From a bacterium (GTDB lineage: Bacteria; Patescibacteriota; Minisyncoccia; Phycocordibacterales; UBA5272): a stretch of 62,436 nt of DNA. The stretch lies in assembly GCA_023267555.1 (NCBI GenBank), contig JAHFMZ010000001.1, positions 1 to 62,436 on the forward strand, read 5' to 3'. The notes beneath the pieces were generated by a model that saw only the letters and a list, made by a program, of their open reading frames with translations, was not told the origin of the DNA and did no database searches. A program made the translations under genes and the position numbers. Numbering within the stretch: position 1 is the first letter of the stretch; every line of letters starts with the position of its first letter. Shown in pieces: positions 19,302 through 32,123 of the stretch.

Positions 19302-20570
19302 ATGATAGAGAACATTTTACAAGGGCTGATGTATCCATTCCTATTTTTGTCTATGTATTTTCAAGTACTTCTCTTGACTTCATTTTTTGAAAATAAAAGG
19401 AAAATAAAACGTGAAGAAAAACACGAAATACAAAATTATCCAACTGTAGCTGTTGCTGTTCCGTGTTGGAATGAAGAAAAAACTTTGGGGAGTACATTGG
19501 ATTCTTTACTTGCTCTTGATTATCCAAAAGATAAACTTTCAATTATTGTTGTGGATGATGGTAGTAAAGATAGAACTTTTGCTATTGCAGAAGTGTATGC
19601 ACATAATTATCCAAATCAAATAAAAGTATTTGCAAAAGAAAATGGTGGCAAACACACAGCAGTTAATCTCGCTTTAGAAAATTCTACATCAGATTTGTTT
19701 GGTTGTCTTGATGCTGATTCTTTTGTTAATAAAAATTCATTGAAGGTTATAGTCTCATATTTTGAGGCTGATAAAAATACTATGGCTGTGACTCCGTGTA
19801 TTCATATCCGTAATCCACATACACTTATACAACGATTGCAAGCTATAGAATATTTAATGGGTGTATTTTTGCGTAAAGCTTTTGGCCAACTCGATGCCAT
19901 ACAAGTAACTCCCGGACCTTTTTCTATTTTCAAAAAAGAAGTGTTTGATAAATTGGGTGGATATCGCAAAGCTCACAATACAGAAGATTTTGAAATCACT
20001 TTACGTATGCACAAAGCACATTTAAAAATTGTTAATTCACACAAAGCTCTTGTATATACAGTTGGGCCAGCGACAGCTAGGGGTTTCTTTTTCCAGCGTC
20101 TTCGTTGGGCGAGAGGATTTTTGGAAAATTCTTTAGATTATAAAGAATTATTTTTCAAAAAAGAATATGGCAACTTTGGAATGGTAACTCTTCCTTTAGC
20201 TTTTCTTTTTATGTTTTATGGTTTGTATGCAGCAATTTTTTCTGTGTATACATTATTTTCACAGCTATCAACTTATATAAGCAGATGGCTCACAGTTGGT
20301 TTTCATTTTCGTATGCCAGTATTTGATATTTTTTATTTTAATACAACAATGATGTCATTTGTTGTGATGGTGATGCTTTCTATGTTCCTTTTGGTTTTAT
20401 ATATTGGAAATACATTATCAGATGATAAACAGCAATTTTATCGTAATTTCCCAATATTTTTCATTCTCTATCCAATATTTGTTCCGCTATTTCTTGGTCG
20501 TGCAATTTTTGATACATTTACAAAAAGAAAAAATGTATGGGTTTTACAAGACACCAAACACAGCCTTTAG
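19302..20570 (+). CDS. GT2-family processive-type glycosyltransferase
   Basis: VPCWNEE, VDDGSKD, DADS, TED, QRLRW motifs; TMs. Confidence 0.92.
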   Translation: MIENILQGLMYPFLFLSMYFQVLLLTSFFENKRKIKREEKHEIQNYPTVAVAVPCWNEEKTLGSTLDSLLALDYPKDKLSIIVVDDGSKDRTFAIAEVYAHNYPNQIKVFAKENGGKHTAVNLALENSTSDLFGCLDADSFVNKNSLKVIVSYFEADKNTMAVTPCIHIRNPHTLIQRLQAIEYLMGVFLRKAFGQLDAIQVTPGPFSIFKKEVFDKLGGYRKAHNTEDFEITLRMHKAHLKIVNSHKALVYTVGPATARGFFFQRLRWARGFLENSLDYKELFFKKEYGNFGMVTLPLAFLFMFYGLYAAIFSVYTLFSQLSTYISRWLTVGFHFRMPVFDIFYFNTTMMSFVVMVMLSMFLLVLYIGNTLSDDKQQFYRNFPIFFILYPIFVPLFLGRAIFDTFTKRKNVWVLQDTKHSL

Positions 20571-20605
20571 TTTATAGTCGTTATTTTGTATGGTAAAATA
20601 AATCT

Positions 20606-21367
20606 ATGACTGGACACTTACATCCAATTACCTTGGCTATCGCTCGTATATCAGATATCTTTTCCAAGATGGGGTTTGATACTGTTGATGGCCCAGAACT
20701 TGAAGATGAATGGCATAATTTTGATGCATTAAATATTGCAAAAGATCATCCTTCGCGCGATATGCAGGATACTTTTTGGATTAAAAATAAAAAAGGTACA
20801 GATAAATATGGTGAAGAAACAGGATATGTATTACGCACTCATACGAGTAATATGCAGATTCGTACAATGGAAAAATATGTAGCCGAAGGTCGCTCTTTTC
20901 CACTAGCTATTTGTTGTCCGGGAAAAGTTTTTCGTAATGAAGCGACAGACGCGACGCACGAAGCGCAATTTCATCAAGTAGAAATGTTATATGTGTCCAA
21001 AGATGCTTCACTTGCAATGATGATTGGCGTGATTGAAAAGTTTTTCTCAGATTTTTTCGGTACAGATTTGGTGATTCGTCTTCGCTCTAGTTATTTTCCA
21101 TTCGTGGAACCGGGGAATGAAGTTGATATGCAATGTTTTAAATGTAAAGGTAATGGTTGCAATATTTGCAAACAAACTGGCTGGATAGAAATTGGTGGAG
21201 CGGGAATGGTACATCCAAAAGTTTTGGAAGCAGGGGGAATTAATCCGCGAGAATATCGTGGTTTTGCTTTTGGTTGCGGCATAGATAGAATGATAATGCT
21301 CAAATATGGTTTGGATGATATTCGTTTGCTGTACAGTGGTGATCTTCGAGTAGTAAATCAATTTTAA
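20606..21367 (+). CDS. pheS: Phenylalanine--tRNA ligase alpha subunit (lacks N-terminal coiled coil)
   Basis: HPSRDMQDTF, LRTHTS, FHQVE, YFPFVEP, GFAFGCGIDR. Confidence 0.96.
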   Translation: MTGHLHPITLAIARISDIFSKMGFDTVDGPELEDEWHNFDALNIAKDHPSRDMQDTFWIKNKKGTDKYGEETGYVLRTHTSNMQIRTMEKYVAEGRSFPLAICCPGKVFRNEATDATHEAQFHQVEMLYVSKDASLAMMIGVIEKFFSDFFGTDLVIRLRSSYFPFVEPGNEVDMQCFKCKGNGCNICKQTGWIEIGGAGMVHPKVLEAGGINPREYRGFAFGCGIDRMIMLKYGLDDIRLLYSGDLRVVNQF

Positions 21368-21369
21368 AT

Positions 21370-23724
21370 ATGAAATTTTCCAAATCGTGGTTACAAGATT
21401 ATATTGTTGATGTGCTTCCAAAAGATGAAGTAATTGTCGACACATTAAATAAAAAAGCTTTTGAGGTTGAAGAAACAATAAAACTTTCTGATGATACTGT
21501 TTTTGATATAAAAATTTTACCGAATCGCGCACACGACGCGCTTGGTCACAGTGGTATGGCGCGCGAACTTTGCGCAGATTTTGGTTTTAAATTTAAAGAA
21601 GATAAATTTATACAAAAAAGTAAAAATTTATTAGATAAAAAAATTTCTATTCCGCTTCTTGCAATTGATGACGAAAAAGCCTGCACTCGTTTTATGAGCA
21701 TACGTATAGACGATATAGTGGTCACAGATAGCCCCCAGTGGCTCAAAAATCGCCTAGAATCGATAGGACAACGCAGTATCAACAATATAGTGGATATTAC
21801 AAATTACGTGCAATTTGCGTTAAATAAGCCAATGCACGCATATGACACTCGCACCATTTCCGGCACACTTCGCGCACGTTTTGCTAAGTCTGGCGAGACA
21901 TTAACAACCCTTGATGACAAGTCTCTCACACTAGACGAACAGACTCTTGTGATTGCGGATGATACAAAAGCCCTCGGTCTCGCTGGAATAAAAGGTGGCA
22001 AGTTTAGTGGCATACAAAAAGACACAACGAGTGTAATTTTGGAGAGCGCGAATTTCTCACCATCACTCATCAGAAAGACTTCACAAAGATATGGACTTCA
22101 TACCGATGCTTCCAAACGATTTGAAAATGGTATTGCAAATTCTTTAGTCGAAGAGGGTTTATATATGACTGCCAATTTGATAAAAGAAATTTGTACCGAT
22201 GCAAAATTAAGTGAAGTTGTAGATATTTATCCAAAGAAAGATACAGAATATTATGTGGGAATTTCTCGCAAAGAATTGAATGATATTTTGGGTACAAAAT
22301 ATACAGACGATAAAATTAAAAAAACTTTTGAGCAGATGTCATTTTCATTTGAAAATATTGTTCCCGAAAATTATATTAAAGAAACATATCCGAAACTTGT
22401 TAATGCTCTTTATAAAAATCCTTCAAATATGCGCGAGGATGCTCCGAAGGCATTTAGTTGTTCGTCACTTATCAGTTATTTATACAAAGGTATTTGGATG
22501 CCAAGTCTTTCTATTGATAAATATGTATTTGCAGAAAAAATAAAAAAAGAAGAATTGCGTTTTGGTGATTTAGTTTTCGCAAATACTGGTGAAGGTAAAA
22601 TTCGTTTTGAATCAGAAGAATTTTTGCGTGGCACAAAAGTTCCCGAAGGTGTTGATCATATTGGTATGTATTTAGATGATAATAAAATTATTCACGCAAC
22701 AAAAATTGTTGGAAAGGTTGTGATTGAAACACAAGAAGAGTTTGAAGTTAATCGCAAAATTGTTGGTTATGGGAGAATATCAAATAACTTAAAAGAAGAA
22801 AGATATATTGTAAATATTCCAAAAGAAAGACTTGATATTCATATCAAAGAAGAGTTGGCCGAAGAAATTGGTCGTATAATTGGATATGAAAAAATTACCC
22901 CGACACTACCAGAACTTACAAATGTTGGTATTATTCATAAGCGAATGTTTTATGAAAATGAAGTTCGTGAAATTTTGCTCACAAGAGGGTATTCTGAAGT
23001 GATGACCTACACATTCGGAAATGAAGGCGAAGTAGAAATCGTAAAAGGTTTGGCTGATGATAAAGAAAAATTACGTACAAATATTGGTAAAGGATTATTG
23101 CAATCGCTTCTGCTTAATATTTATAATGCGCCACTTCTAGGACAAAAAACTATAAAGATTTTTGAATTTGGAAATGTTTTCTCTAATAATAAAGAAACTA
23201 GGAATTTTGCACTAGCGAGCGATGACGGTGCAAAGAAAAGTAATTTTACTGAAGAAGTTGATATGATACTTGCTGAAATTAAACGTCGCCTTGGTGTCAG
23301 TGGTATTGAATGCACAACAGTATCTGCCAAGCCATATGTAATTGAAATTGATTTTGATACACTTATAAATAAATTACCAGAACCAACAAAATATGAAGCA
23401 CCCACATTCTCGTCTTTACCTTTGGTTAGCTATAAATCAGTCTCGCCTTATCCGTTTATCGCCCGTGATATTGCTATGTGGGTATCTGATAACGCGGAAT
23501 GGGAAAGTATCAAGTCTCTTTGCGATAAAGTATCTAATCCTCTTGTCGCTCGTGTTGATCTTTTTGATACGTTCTCCAAAGAAATAGATGGTGTAAATAA
23601 AACTTCGTATGCTTTTCGTCTTGTTTTCCAAAGTTATGAAAAAACTTTGACTGATGATGAAGTAAATAAAATGATGGAGCCGTATTATGAATTATTTAAG
23701 AATAAGGGTTACGAAATAAGATAA
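21370..23724 (+). CDS. pheT: Phenylalanine--tRNA ligase beta subunit with an inserted NlpC/P60 domain
   Basis: PNRAHD, INNIVDITNY, LESANF, TDASKRFE, EEIGRIIGY; C-terminal anticodon-binding domain; insert at ~22360-22790. Confidence 0.93.
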   Translation: MKFSKSWLQDYIVDVLPKDEVIVDTLNKKAFEVEETIKLSDDTVFDIKILPNRAHDALGHSGMARELCADFGFKFKEDKFIQKSKNLLDKKISIPLLAIDDEKACTRFMSIRIDDIVVTDSPQWLKNRLESIGQRSINNIVDITNYVQFALNKPMHAYDTRTISGTLRARFAKSGETLTTLDDKSLTLDEQTLVIADDTKALGLAGIKGGKFSGIQKDTTSVILESANFSPSLIRKTSQRYGLHTDASKRFENGIANSLVEEGLYMTANLIKEICTDAKLSEVVDIYPKKDTEYYVGISRKELNDILGTKYTDDKIKKTFEQMSFSFENIVPENYIKETYPKLVNALYKNPSNMREDAPKAFSCSSLISYLYKGIWMPSLSIDKYVFAEKIKKEELRFGDLVFANTGEGKIRFESEEFLRGTKVPEGVDHIGMYLDDNKIIHATKIVGKVVIETQEEFEVNRKIVGYGRISNNLKEERYIVNIPKERLDIHIKEELAEEIGRIIGYEKITPTLPELTNVGIIHKRMFYENEVREILLTRGYSEVMTYTFGNEGEVEIVKGLADDKEKLRTNIGKGLLQSLLLNIYNAPLLGQKTIKIFEFGNVFSNNKETRNFALASDDGAKKSNFTEEVDMILAEIKRRLGVSGIECTTVSAKPYVIEIDFDTLINKLPEPTKYEAPTFSSLPLVSYKSVSPYPFIARDIAMWVSDNAEWESIKSLCDKVSNPLVARVDLFDTFSKEIDGVNKTSYAFRLVFQSYEKTLTDDEVNKMMEPYYELFKNKGYEIR

Positions 23725-24281
23725 TGAAATTAGAAGTCCCATATTATTCGCAGTTTATTGATGTAGAAGATAAGTTTTGGATGCTACGGGCTTGTGGTGC
23801 TGTGTGTTTTAAAATGGTTGTTGAATATTACGGGGAAAATATACCCGATATTGTTAAATTTTGTAATGAAGCCAAAGAAAATGGTGGATACGATATAAAT
23901 AATGGTTGGGTACATAATTATTTAGTAACAAAAGCAGAAGAACTTGGATTACAGGCACGTAGATCGGAAGGACTTACGAGTATTACAGATGAAATAATGG
24001 CATCACTTGATGCTGGAAATCCTGTAATTGTTTCAGTAGAAAAAAGAGTGCTCGAGCAAACACGTTTTCATCTCATTGTTCTTGTTGGTTATGAAAAAGG
24101 AGATGAAGGGGATCTTACAGTTGTATCTGAATCTTCTAGTCCCTATCACCTATCACCTAACACCTATTTCTATTATCACGAACCAGAATCTACTGACAAA
24201 ACTCGTGGTGCGTATCGTATTTGCGATGTAGAAATTTTCAAAAATTATTGGCGGGGGAAAGCAATTTTTATTTCCAAATAA
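23724..24281 (+). CDS. C39-like cysteine peptidase
   Basis: VPYYSQ, ACG..C..M, GNPVIVSV, HLIVLVGY, YHEP. Confidence 0.82.
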   Translation: MKLEVPYYSQFIDVEDKFWMLRACGAVCFKMVVEYYGENIPDIVKFCNEAKENGGYDINNGWVHNYLVTKAEELGLQARRSEGLTSITDEIMASLDAGNPVIVSVEKRVLEQTRFHLIVLVGYEKGDEGDLTVVSESSSPYHLSPNTYFYYHEPESTDKTRGAYRICDVEIFKNYWRGKAIFISK

Positions 24282-24282
24282 T

Positions 24283-25566
24283 ATGCAGTTGAGAGATTAT
24301 AAAAATGTACATTGTATTGGTATTGGAGGTATAGGACTTTCAGCTATTGCTAGATATTGCAATTCTAATGGTGCGAAAGTTTCTGGTTCAGATGTTTCTT
24401 CTTCTCGCATCACAGATGATTTACAGAAAGAAGGAATAAATATTTTTATCGGACATAAGTCCGATAATTTAAAAAAAGATACAGACTTGGTCATTTATTC
24501 AATTGCTGTTTTAGACGACAATCCAGAATTGATTGAAGCAAGAAATAAAAATATTTTGTGTATGACTTATCCCGAGGCATTAGGTACTCTTACACAAGAA
24601 TATAAAACTATTGCTGTATGCGGCACTCACGGCAAGACGACAACGACTGCTATGATTGCTTCTATGTTAAAAGCTTGTGGCAAATCACCTACAGTTATTG
24701 TGGGTAGCCTTTTATCTGAAGGTGGAACAAATTTTATACAAGGTAATAGTGAATATTTAGTTGTTGAAGCGTGTGAATATAGGCGTTCATTCCTTAATCT
24801 TTTTCCAACATATGTTGTTGTGACGAATATTGATGAAGATCACCTTGATTATTATAAAGATATGAATGATATTCATTCTGCCTTCCAATCATTCGCGGAT
24901 AAGGTTCCAAAGGATGGATGTCTGGTTACACATAGTGATGTCAAATTAAATACGCAAGGTAAAAAAATAAATGATGATTCTATTGATGCAAATAATATCG
25001 AACTTTCTGTTCTTGGTAATCATAATCATTCAAATGCAAACTTAGCTCTTTCTTTAGCAAAAACTCTTGGTCTTGATGAATTAAAAGCTCGCGAGGGATT
25101 GAAAAATTTTACAGGAACGTGGCGTAGATTGGAATATAAAGGCAAAACAAAGAATGGAATTATAGTTTATGATGATTACGGACATCATCCGGTAGAAATA
25201 AAAGCAACACTAGAAGCTCTACGTGAAGCGTATCCAAAAGGAAAAAATATTTTGCATATATTTTTTCAACCACATTTGTATTCACGTACAAAATTATTAT
25301 TGGATGATTTTGCAAAAGCGTTTGATGAAGCAGACATTGTTTACGTGATGCCAATTTATGCTGCCAGAGAAAAAAATGACAATACTATTTCTAGTTTAGA
25401 TTTGGTAGAAAAATTAAAATTACGCGGAGTGAACGCTCAAATACTTGATAATATACAGGTGATGAAATCATTTATAGAAAATATTACAGACTCAAAATCT
25501 ATTGTGCTTAATTCTGGTGCTGGAGATGCGTACACAGTGCTTAATGAAATTAATCTTGTGAAATAA
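24283..25566 (+). CDS. murC: UDP-N-acetylmuramate--L-alanine ligase
   Basis: GIGGIGLS, GTHGKTTT, EACEY, DDYGHHP, FQPHLYSRT. Confidence 0.95.
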   Translation: MQLRDYKNVHCIGIGGIGLSAIARYCNSNGAKVSGSDVSSSRITDDLQKEGINIFIGHKSDNLKKDTDLVIYSIAVLDDNPELIEARNKNILCMTYPEALGTLTQEYKTIAVCGTHGKTTTTAMIASMLKACGKSPTVIVGSLLSEGGTNFIQGNSEYLVVEACEYRRSFLNLFPTYVVVTNIDEDHLDYYKDMNDIHSAFQSFADKVPKDGCLVTHSDVKLNTQGKKINDDSIDANNIELSVLGNHNHSNANLALSLAKTLGLDELKAREGLKNFTGTWRRLEYKGKTKNGIIVYDDYGHHPVEIKATLEALREAYPKGKNILHIFFQPHLYSRTKLLLDDFAKAFDEADIVYVMPIYAAREKNDNTISSLDLVEKLKLRGVNAQILDNIQVMKSFIENITDSKSIVLNSGAGDAYTVLNEINLVK

Positions 25567-25569
25567 TCT

Positions 25570-26898
25570 ATGAAAAAGGATTTGTATTTTCCATATTTTG
25601 AAAATAAAAAAGTTACAGTGCTCGGGCTCGGGCTTTTGGGTAGAGGGATTGGTGATACAAGATTTTTAGCGATGAATAATGCAGAAATTATTGTGACTGA
25701 CAAAAAAACAGAAGAACAATTGGCTTCGTCTGTTTCAGAGCTTAAAGATTTTCAAAATATAAAATATGTTTTGGGTGAACATCGTTTAGAAGATTTTCAA
25801 AATAGAGATTTTATTTTAAAAGCTGCAGGAGTACCGACTGATAGTGAATATATACAATGTGCAAAGGAAAATAATATTCCTGTTTATATGTCTGCTGCGC
25901 TTATGTGTGATATTGTGATGAGAGAATTACCACAGGTAGTTATTATTGGCATCACTGGCACACGAGGAAAAAGTACGGTTACAGAATTGATAGCATATAT
26001 TTTACGAGAAAATGGTTCACGGGTGCATCTAGGTGGAAATATTCGTGGAGTAGCCAACCTTCCTTTGCTTGATGTTATCGAAGACGGAGATTTTTTAATT
26101 TTGGAATTAGATTCTTGGCAATTACAAGGGTTTGGAGATATGAAAATAAGTCCGCATATTGCAGTCTTCACTAGTTTTTTGGATGATCATATGAATTATT
26201 ATAAAAATGATAAAGAATTATATTTTGCAGATAAGGCAAATATTTATCGCAATCAGCATAGTGGAGATGTATTGATTGCTAGCGCTCAGGCTGTGGGAGA
26301 GATTCTTATTCGAGAAAGAGTGTCTGTTATCGTTCCAGAAAAAAAAGATTTTGAAATGAATCTTATCGGTGAACATAATAAAGTTGCAGCAGGACTTGCT
26401 TATGAAGTTGCTGCGCAATGTGGATTGGATGATGAAAGTATAAGAGGAGCGATTAAAACTTTTAAGGCGGTAGATGGTCGTTTGCAAGATATGGGGTTGT
26501 TTAAAAATAATGTAATAGTTTTTAACGATAATAACGGTACCACAGAAGATGCGACAATTGTGGCTATCAATTCCATTTTTGAAAAGTTTGATAAAAAACC
26601 TATTTTGATTGTAGGTGGTGGAGATAAAGGTTTACCAATTAATGAACTCGAAAAAATAATACAAGAAAAAACAAAAGCAGTTGTTTATTTATCTGGAGCA
26701 GGTACAGATAGGATTTCTATTAAAAAAGAATATGAATATGAAAAACTTTCAGATTGTATAGTCAAAGCCTTTGAATTGTCAGAAGAGGGAGATATTATTT
26801 TATTTTCTCCAGCTTTCGCATCTTTTTCAAAATATTTTAATAATGAATATGAACGTAATGATACTTTCGTAAAAGAAGTAGAAAAGTTTAGAAAATAA
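25570..26898 (+). CDS. murD: UDP-N-acetylmuramoyl-L-alanine--D-glutamate ligase
   Basis: GLG, GITGTRGKST, GGNI, ELDSWQL, GGGDKG, FSPAFASF. Confidence 0.93.
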   Translation: MKKDLYFPYFENKKVTVLGLGLLGRGIGDTRFLAMNNAEIIVTDKKTEEQLASSVSELKDFQNIKYVLGEHRLEDFQNRDFILKAAGVPTDSEYIQCAKENNIPVYMSAALMCDIVMRELPQVVIIGITGTRGKSTVTELIAYILRENGSRVHLGGNIRGVANLPLLDVIEDGDFLILELDSWQLQGFGDMKISPHIAVFTSFLDDHMNYYKNDKELYFADKANIYRNQHSGDVLIASAQAVGEILIRERVSVIVPEKKDFEMNLIGEHNKVAAGLAYEVAAQCGLDDESIRGAIKTFKAVDGRLQDMGLFKNNVIVFNDNNGTTEDATIVAINSIFEKFDKKPILIVGGGDKGLPINELEKIIQEKTKAVVYLSGAGTDRISIKKEYEYEKLSDCIVKAFELSEEGDIILFSPAFASFSKYFNNEYERNDTFVKEVEKFRK

Positions 26899-26942
26899 AA
26901 TACCCGCCTTCTTGTGGGCGGGGTATTTGCAAATTGTAAAAA

Positions 26943-27212
26943 CTATTTTTTTATTATAAACCAGACTAACCAAGAGTCGTTCCCGTCTGTCTTTACGCGA
27001 ATGGTATTACTTTCGACTTTTATTCGCAACTTTTTCCCGTCTTTTTGAAACATAGTGACGGAGCCATCACAACCGGGCATATAGTTCGTAAAGATTTCAG
27101 AAGCGAGAACTTCGTGGTCAAATGGGTCGATCAGCTTGAGATTTTTGTCGCTACGCCAAGCTCTGAGAAATCCTGCAGTTTCTTCACTTACAGCTTGAAC
27201 TATCTGTCCCAT
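26943..27212 (-). CDS. Small orphan protein, SD-led
   Basis: 89-aa ORF preceded by AAGGGGGA; hairpin terminator at ~26898-26930. Confidence 0.6.
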   Translation of the reverse strand: MGQIVQAVSEETAGFLRAWRSDKNLKLIDPFDHEVLASEIFTNYMPGCDGSVTMFQKDGKKLRIKVESNTIRVKTDGNDSWLVWFIIKK

Positions 27213-27324
27213 ATTTGCATCCCCCTTGAACTAGCTTTTATTATTATACTACATATTTGTCAATGTGTAAATACCAAAAATGTGGGTAATTTTTACTGGC
27301 AAAAATGTTTAAAAAATGTTATAA

Positions 27325-29548
<2,224 letters not shown>

Positions 29549-29580
29549 ACCTTCGTTTTGGAAAAGCTTTTCTATACAAC

Positions 29581-31341
29581 CTACAACCTACCCTTAATTT
29601 CAGTATTTAATTTTTCTGCGAGTTCACTGATTTTCATCTCACCTATTTTACCAAGAGTGCGATGTTCGAGTGTAATTGTTCCATTGGTAACTTCTGCATC
29701 TCCAATCACTGCCCAGTATGGAGTTTTCATTTCTCGAGTGTTACGAATCTTTTTACCAAGACCTTCTCTAGAATTATCAAGTGTTACACGAATATCTGAA
29801 TTTTGTAATTCATTAAATATAGTTTCTGCGTATTCATTATGTTTATCTGTGATTGGAAGTATAGTAATTTGATTTGGAGATAGCCAAAGAGGGAAATTAC
29901 CAGCGAAGTGTTCTATCATCACACCCATAAATCTTTCTAGTGAACCAGCTATAGCTCGATGTATCACAACTGGTCTTTCTTTTTTACCTTCAGCATTTAT
30001 GAAATTCAAATCAAATCTTTCTGGAAGATTAAAATCACATTGTATTGTGGCTAGTTGCCATTCACGACCGATTGCGTCTTTAAACATAAAGTCCAATTTT
30101 GGTCCATAAAAAGCTGCCTCGCCCTCAACTTTTTTATAATTAAGTTTATTTGCTTTTGCTGCTTCTTCCAAAGAAGTTTCTGCAAGGTTCCAAGCGTCAT
30201 CTTCTCCAAGATATTTACTTCTATCATCTCCTCGAACAGAAAGTGATACCCAATATCCATCCAACATATTCATAGTTGTATAAAATTCTTTGATGATACC
30301 AACGATAGTAGAGACTTCTTCTTTTATTTGTGATTGTGCGCAAAAAAGATGTCCGTCATCTTGGGTGATAGCACGCACACGAAGTAGTCCTCCTAATTGT
30401 CCAGACTTTTCATCACGATAGACGGTGGCTGGTTCAAAGTATCGTACTGGCATATCTCTGTATGAAAATTGATTGTCCGCAAAGATTTGCATATGATGTG
30501 GACAATTCATTGGTTTCATAATAAATTTATCTTCTTTACCTTGTACACGAAAAAGTTCATCACCAAATTTTGCAGCGTGTCCTGATGTTTCATATAGTGC
30601 TTCTTTTGCAATATGTGGAGTCCATACACGAGAATAACCTTTTTTGCTATGAAGTGACCACAAATAATCTTCAATTTCTTTGCGGATAATCATTCCATTT
30701 GGTTGCATTAGTGGAAGACCGGGACCAATAAGGGGAGAAACAGTAAAAAGTTTTAATTGTGCACCGATAATTCTATGATCTCTTTTCTTCGCTTCTTCTT
30801 GTTGTACTATGTATGCATCAAGTTCTTTTTTATTTTCAAACGCAAGTCCATAAATACGAGTGAGCATTGGTTTTGTTTCATCTCCTCGCCAATACGCACC
30901 AGCTAAATGTGAAAGAGTAAAACAATCGAGTGGAATTTCTTTTGTATTTTCTACGTGAGGTCCTTCACATAAATCAAAAAAGTCATCACCCGTGCGATAA
31001 ATAGTCACTTCATCTCCTTTTTGTGCGATTCCGTCTAAGAGTTCTATTTTGAAAGGATTAAATTCAAAAATAGAACGAGCTTCTTCAATAGAAATAATTT
31101 CTTTTTTAAATGGTAGATGACGTTTGATAATATCTCGCATTGTCTCTTCTACTTTTTTTAAATCTTCTACGCTTATTTTTGTATCATTAGAAAAATCGAT
31201 GTCATAATAAAAACCATTATCTATAACTGGCCCGATAGTGGGTTGCGCGTGAGGAAAATGATGTTTTATGGCCATTAAAAGAATATGCGCCAAAGAATGA
31301 CGTATACGAAAAATAGGGGTTTGCTCGATATTGTTTAACAT
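29581..31341 (-). CDS. thrS: Threonine--tRNA ligase (no N-terminal TGS domain)
   Basis: RHSLAH, DLCEGPH, KPMNCP, AFYGPK, VIHRA. Confidence 0.96.
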   Translation of the reverse strand: MLNNIEQTPIFRIRHSLAHILLMAIKHHFPHAQPTIGPVIDNGFYYDIDFSNDTKISVEDLKKVEETMRDIIKRHLPFKKEIISIEEARSIFEFNPFKIELLDGIAQKGDEVTIYRTGDDFFDLCEGPHVENTKEIPLDCFTLSHLAGAYWRGDETKPMLTRIYGLAFENKKELDAYIVQQEEAKKRDHRIIGAQLKLFTVSPLIGPGLPLMQPNGMIIRKEIEDYLWSLHSKKGYSRVWTPHIAKEALYETSGHAAKFGDELFRVQGKEDKFIMKPMNCPHHMQIFADNQFSYRDMPVRYFEPATVYRDEKSGQLGGLLRVRAITQDDGHLFCAQSQIKEEVSTIVGIIKEFYTTMNMLDGYWVSLSVRGDDRSKYLGEDDAWNLAETSLEEAAKANKLNYKKVEGEAAFYGPKLDFMFKDAIGREWQLATIQCDFNLPERFDLNFINAEGKKERPVVIHRAIAGSLERFMGVMIEHFAGNFPLWLSPNQITILPITDKHNEYAETIFNELQNSDIRVTLDNSREGLGKKIRNTREMKTPYWAVIGDAEVTNGTITLEHRTLGKIGEMKISELAEKLNTEIKGRL

Positions 31342-31511
31342 TATGTGTTTAATAATAACAGAAAAAGGTAAAAGTGAGTAGTATATTAGACGATAAAAGT
31401 TTTTGGTTATTATCTTGACATTGCTAGTAGGTTTTGTACTATGTATTAACTAGCCAAACATCCTCTACGATACATCGAAATAATTGTTTGGCAAGTTTTA
31501 ATTTAAACTTT

Positions 31512-32066
31512 ATGTCACCACTTTATATTGGTCTTGGAATCATAGTTATCTTAGTTCTTATTGTAATTGGTATTTACAATGGTCTTGTTACTTCTCGTAT
31601 GCACGTAAAAGAAGCGTGGGCAGATATTGACGTACAACTCAAACGTCGTTTTGATCTCATTCCCAATCTTGTGAACACTGTAAAGGGTTCAACAAATTTT
31701 GAAACTTCTACATTGGAGAAAGTTATACAAGCTCGTAGTAAAGGTCTGGAGGCTCGTACTCCATCTCAAATGGGTGAAGCTGATATCGCTATGCGAGGTG
31801 CGCTTAATGGATTTTTTGCTCTTGCAGAAAGTTATCCAGATTTAAAATCGAATCAGAATTTTATTGCTCTACAAAATGAGCTTTCAGATACTGAAAATAA
31901 AATTCAAGCAGCTCGTCGTTTTTATAATGGTATTGTAATGGATTACAACACCAAGCTTCAAACTTTCCCATCAAATATTTTTGCGTCAATGTTTTCATTC
32001 AAATCATCAGATTTTTTTGAGCTTGATAAAGATGAGGCGCGTGATCCAGTAAAAGTAAAGTTTTAG
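31512..32066 (+). CDS. lemA: LemA family protein
   Basis: YNGLV, AWADIDVQLKRRFDLIPNLV, ESYPDLKSN. Confidence 0.94.
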   Translation: MSPLYIGLGIIVILVLIVIGIYNGLVTSRMHVKEAWADIDVQLKRRFDLIPNLVNTVKGSTNFETSTLEKVIQARSKGLEARTPSQMGEADIAMRGALNGFFALAESYPDLKSNQNFIALQNELSDTENKIQAARRFYNGIVMDYNTKLQTFPSNIFASMFSFKSSDFFELDKDEARDPVKVKF

Positions 32067-32123
32067 ATTTCGATACGTATTAATATATGTAGTTGTATTT
32101 TGTATTCTATATAACCTATACCT

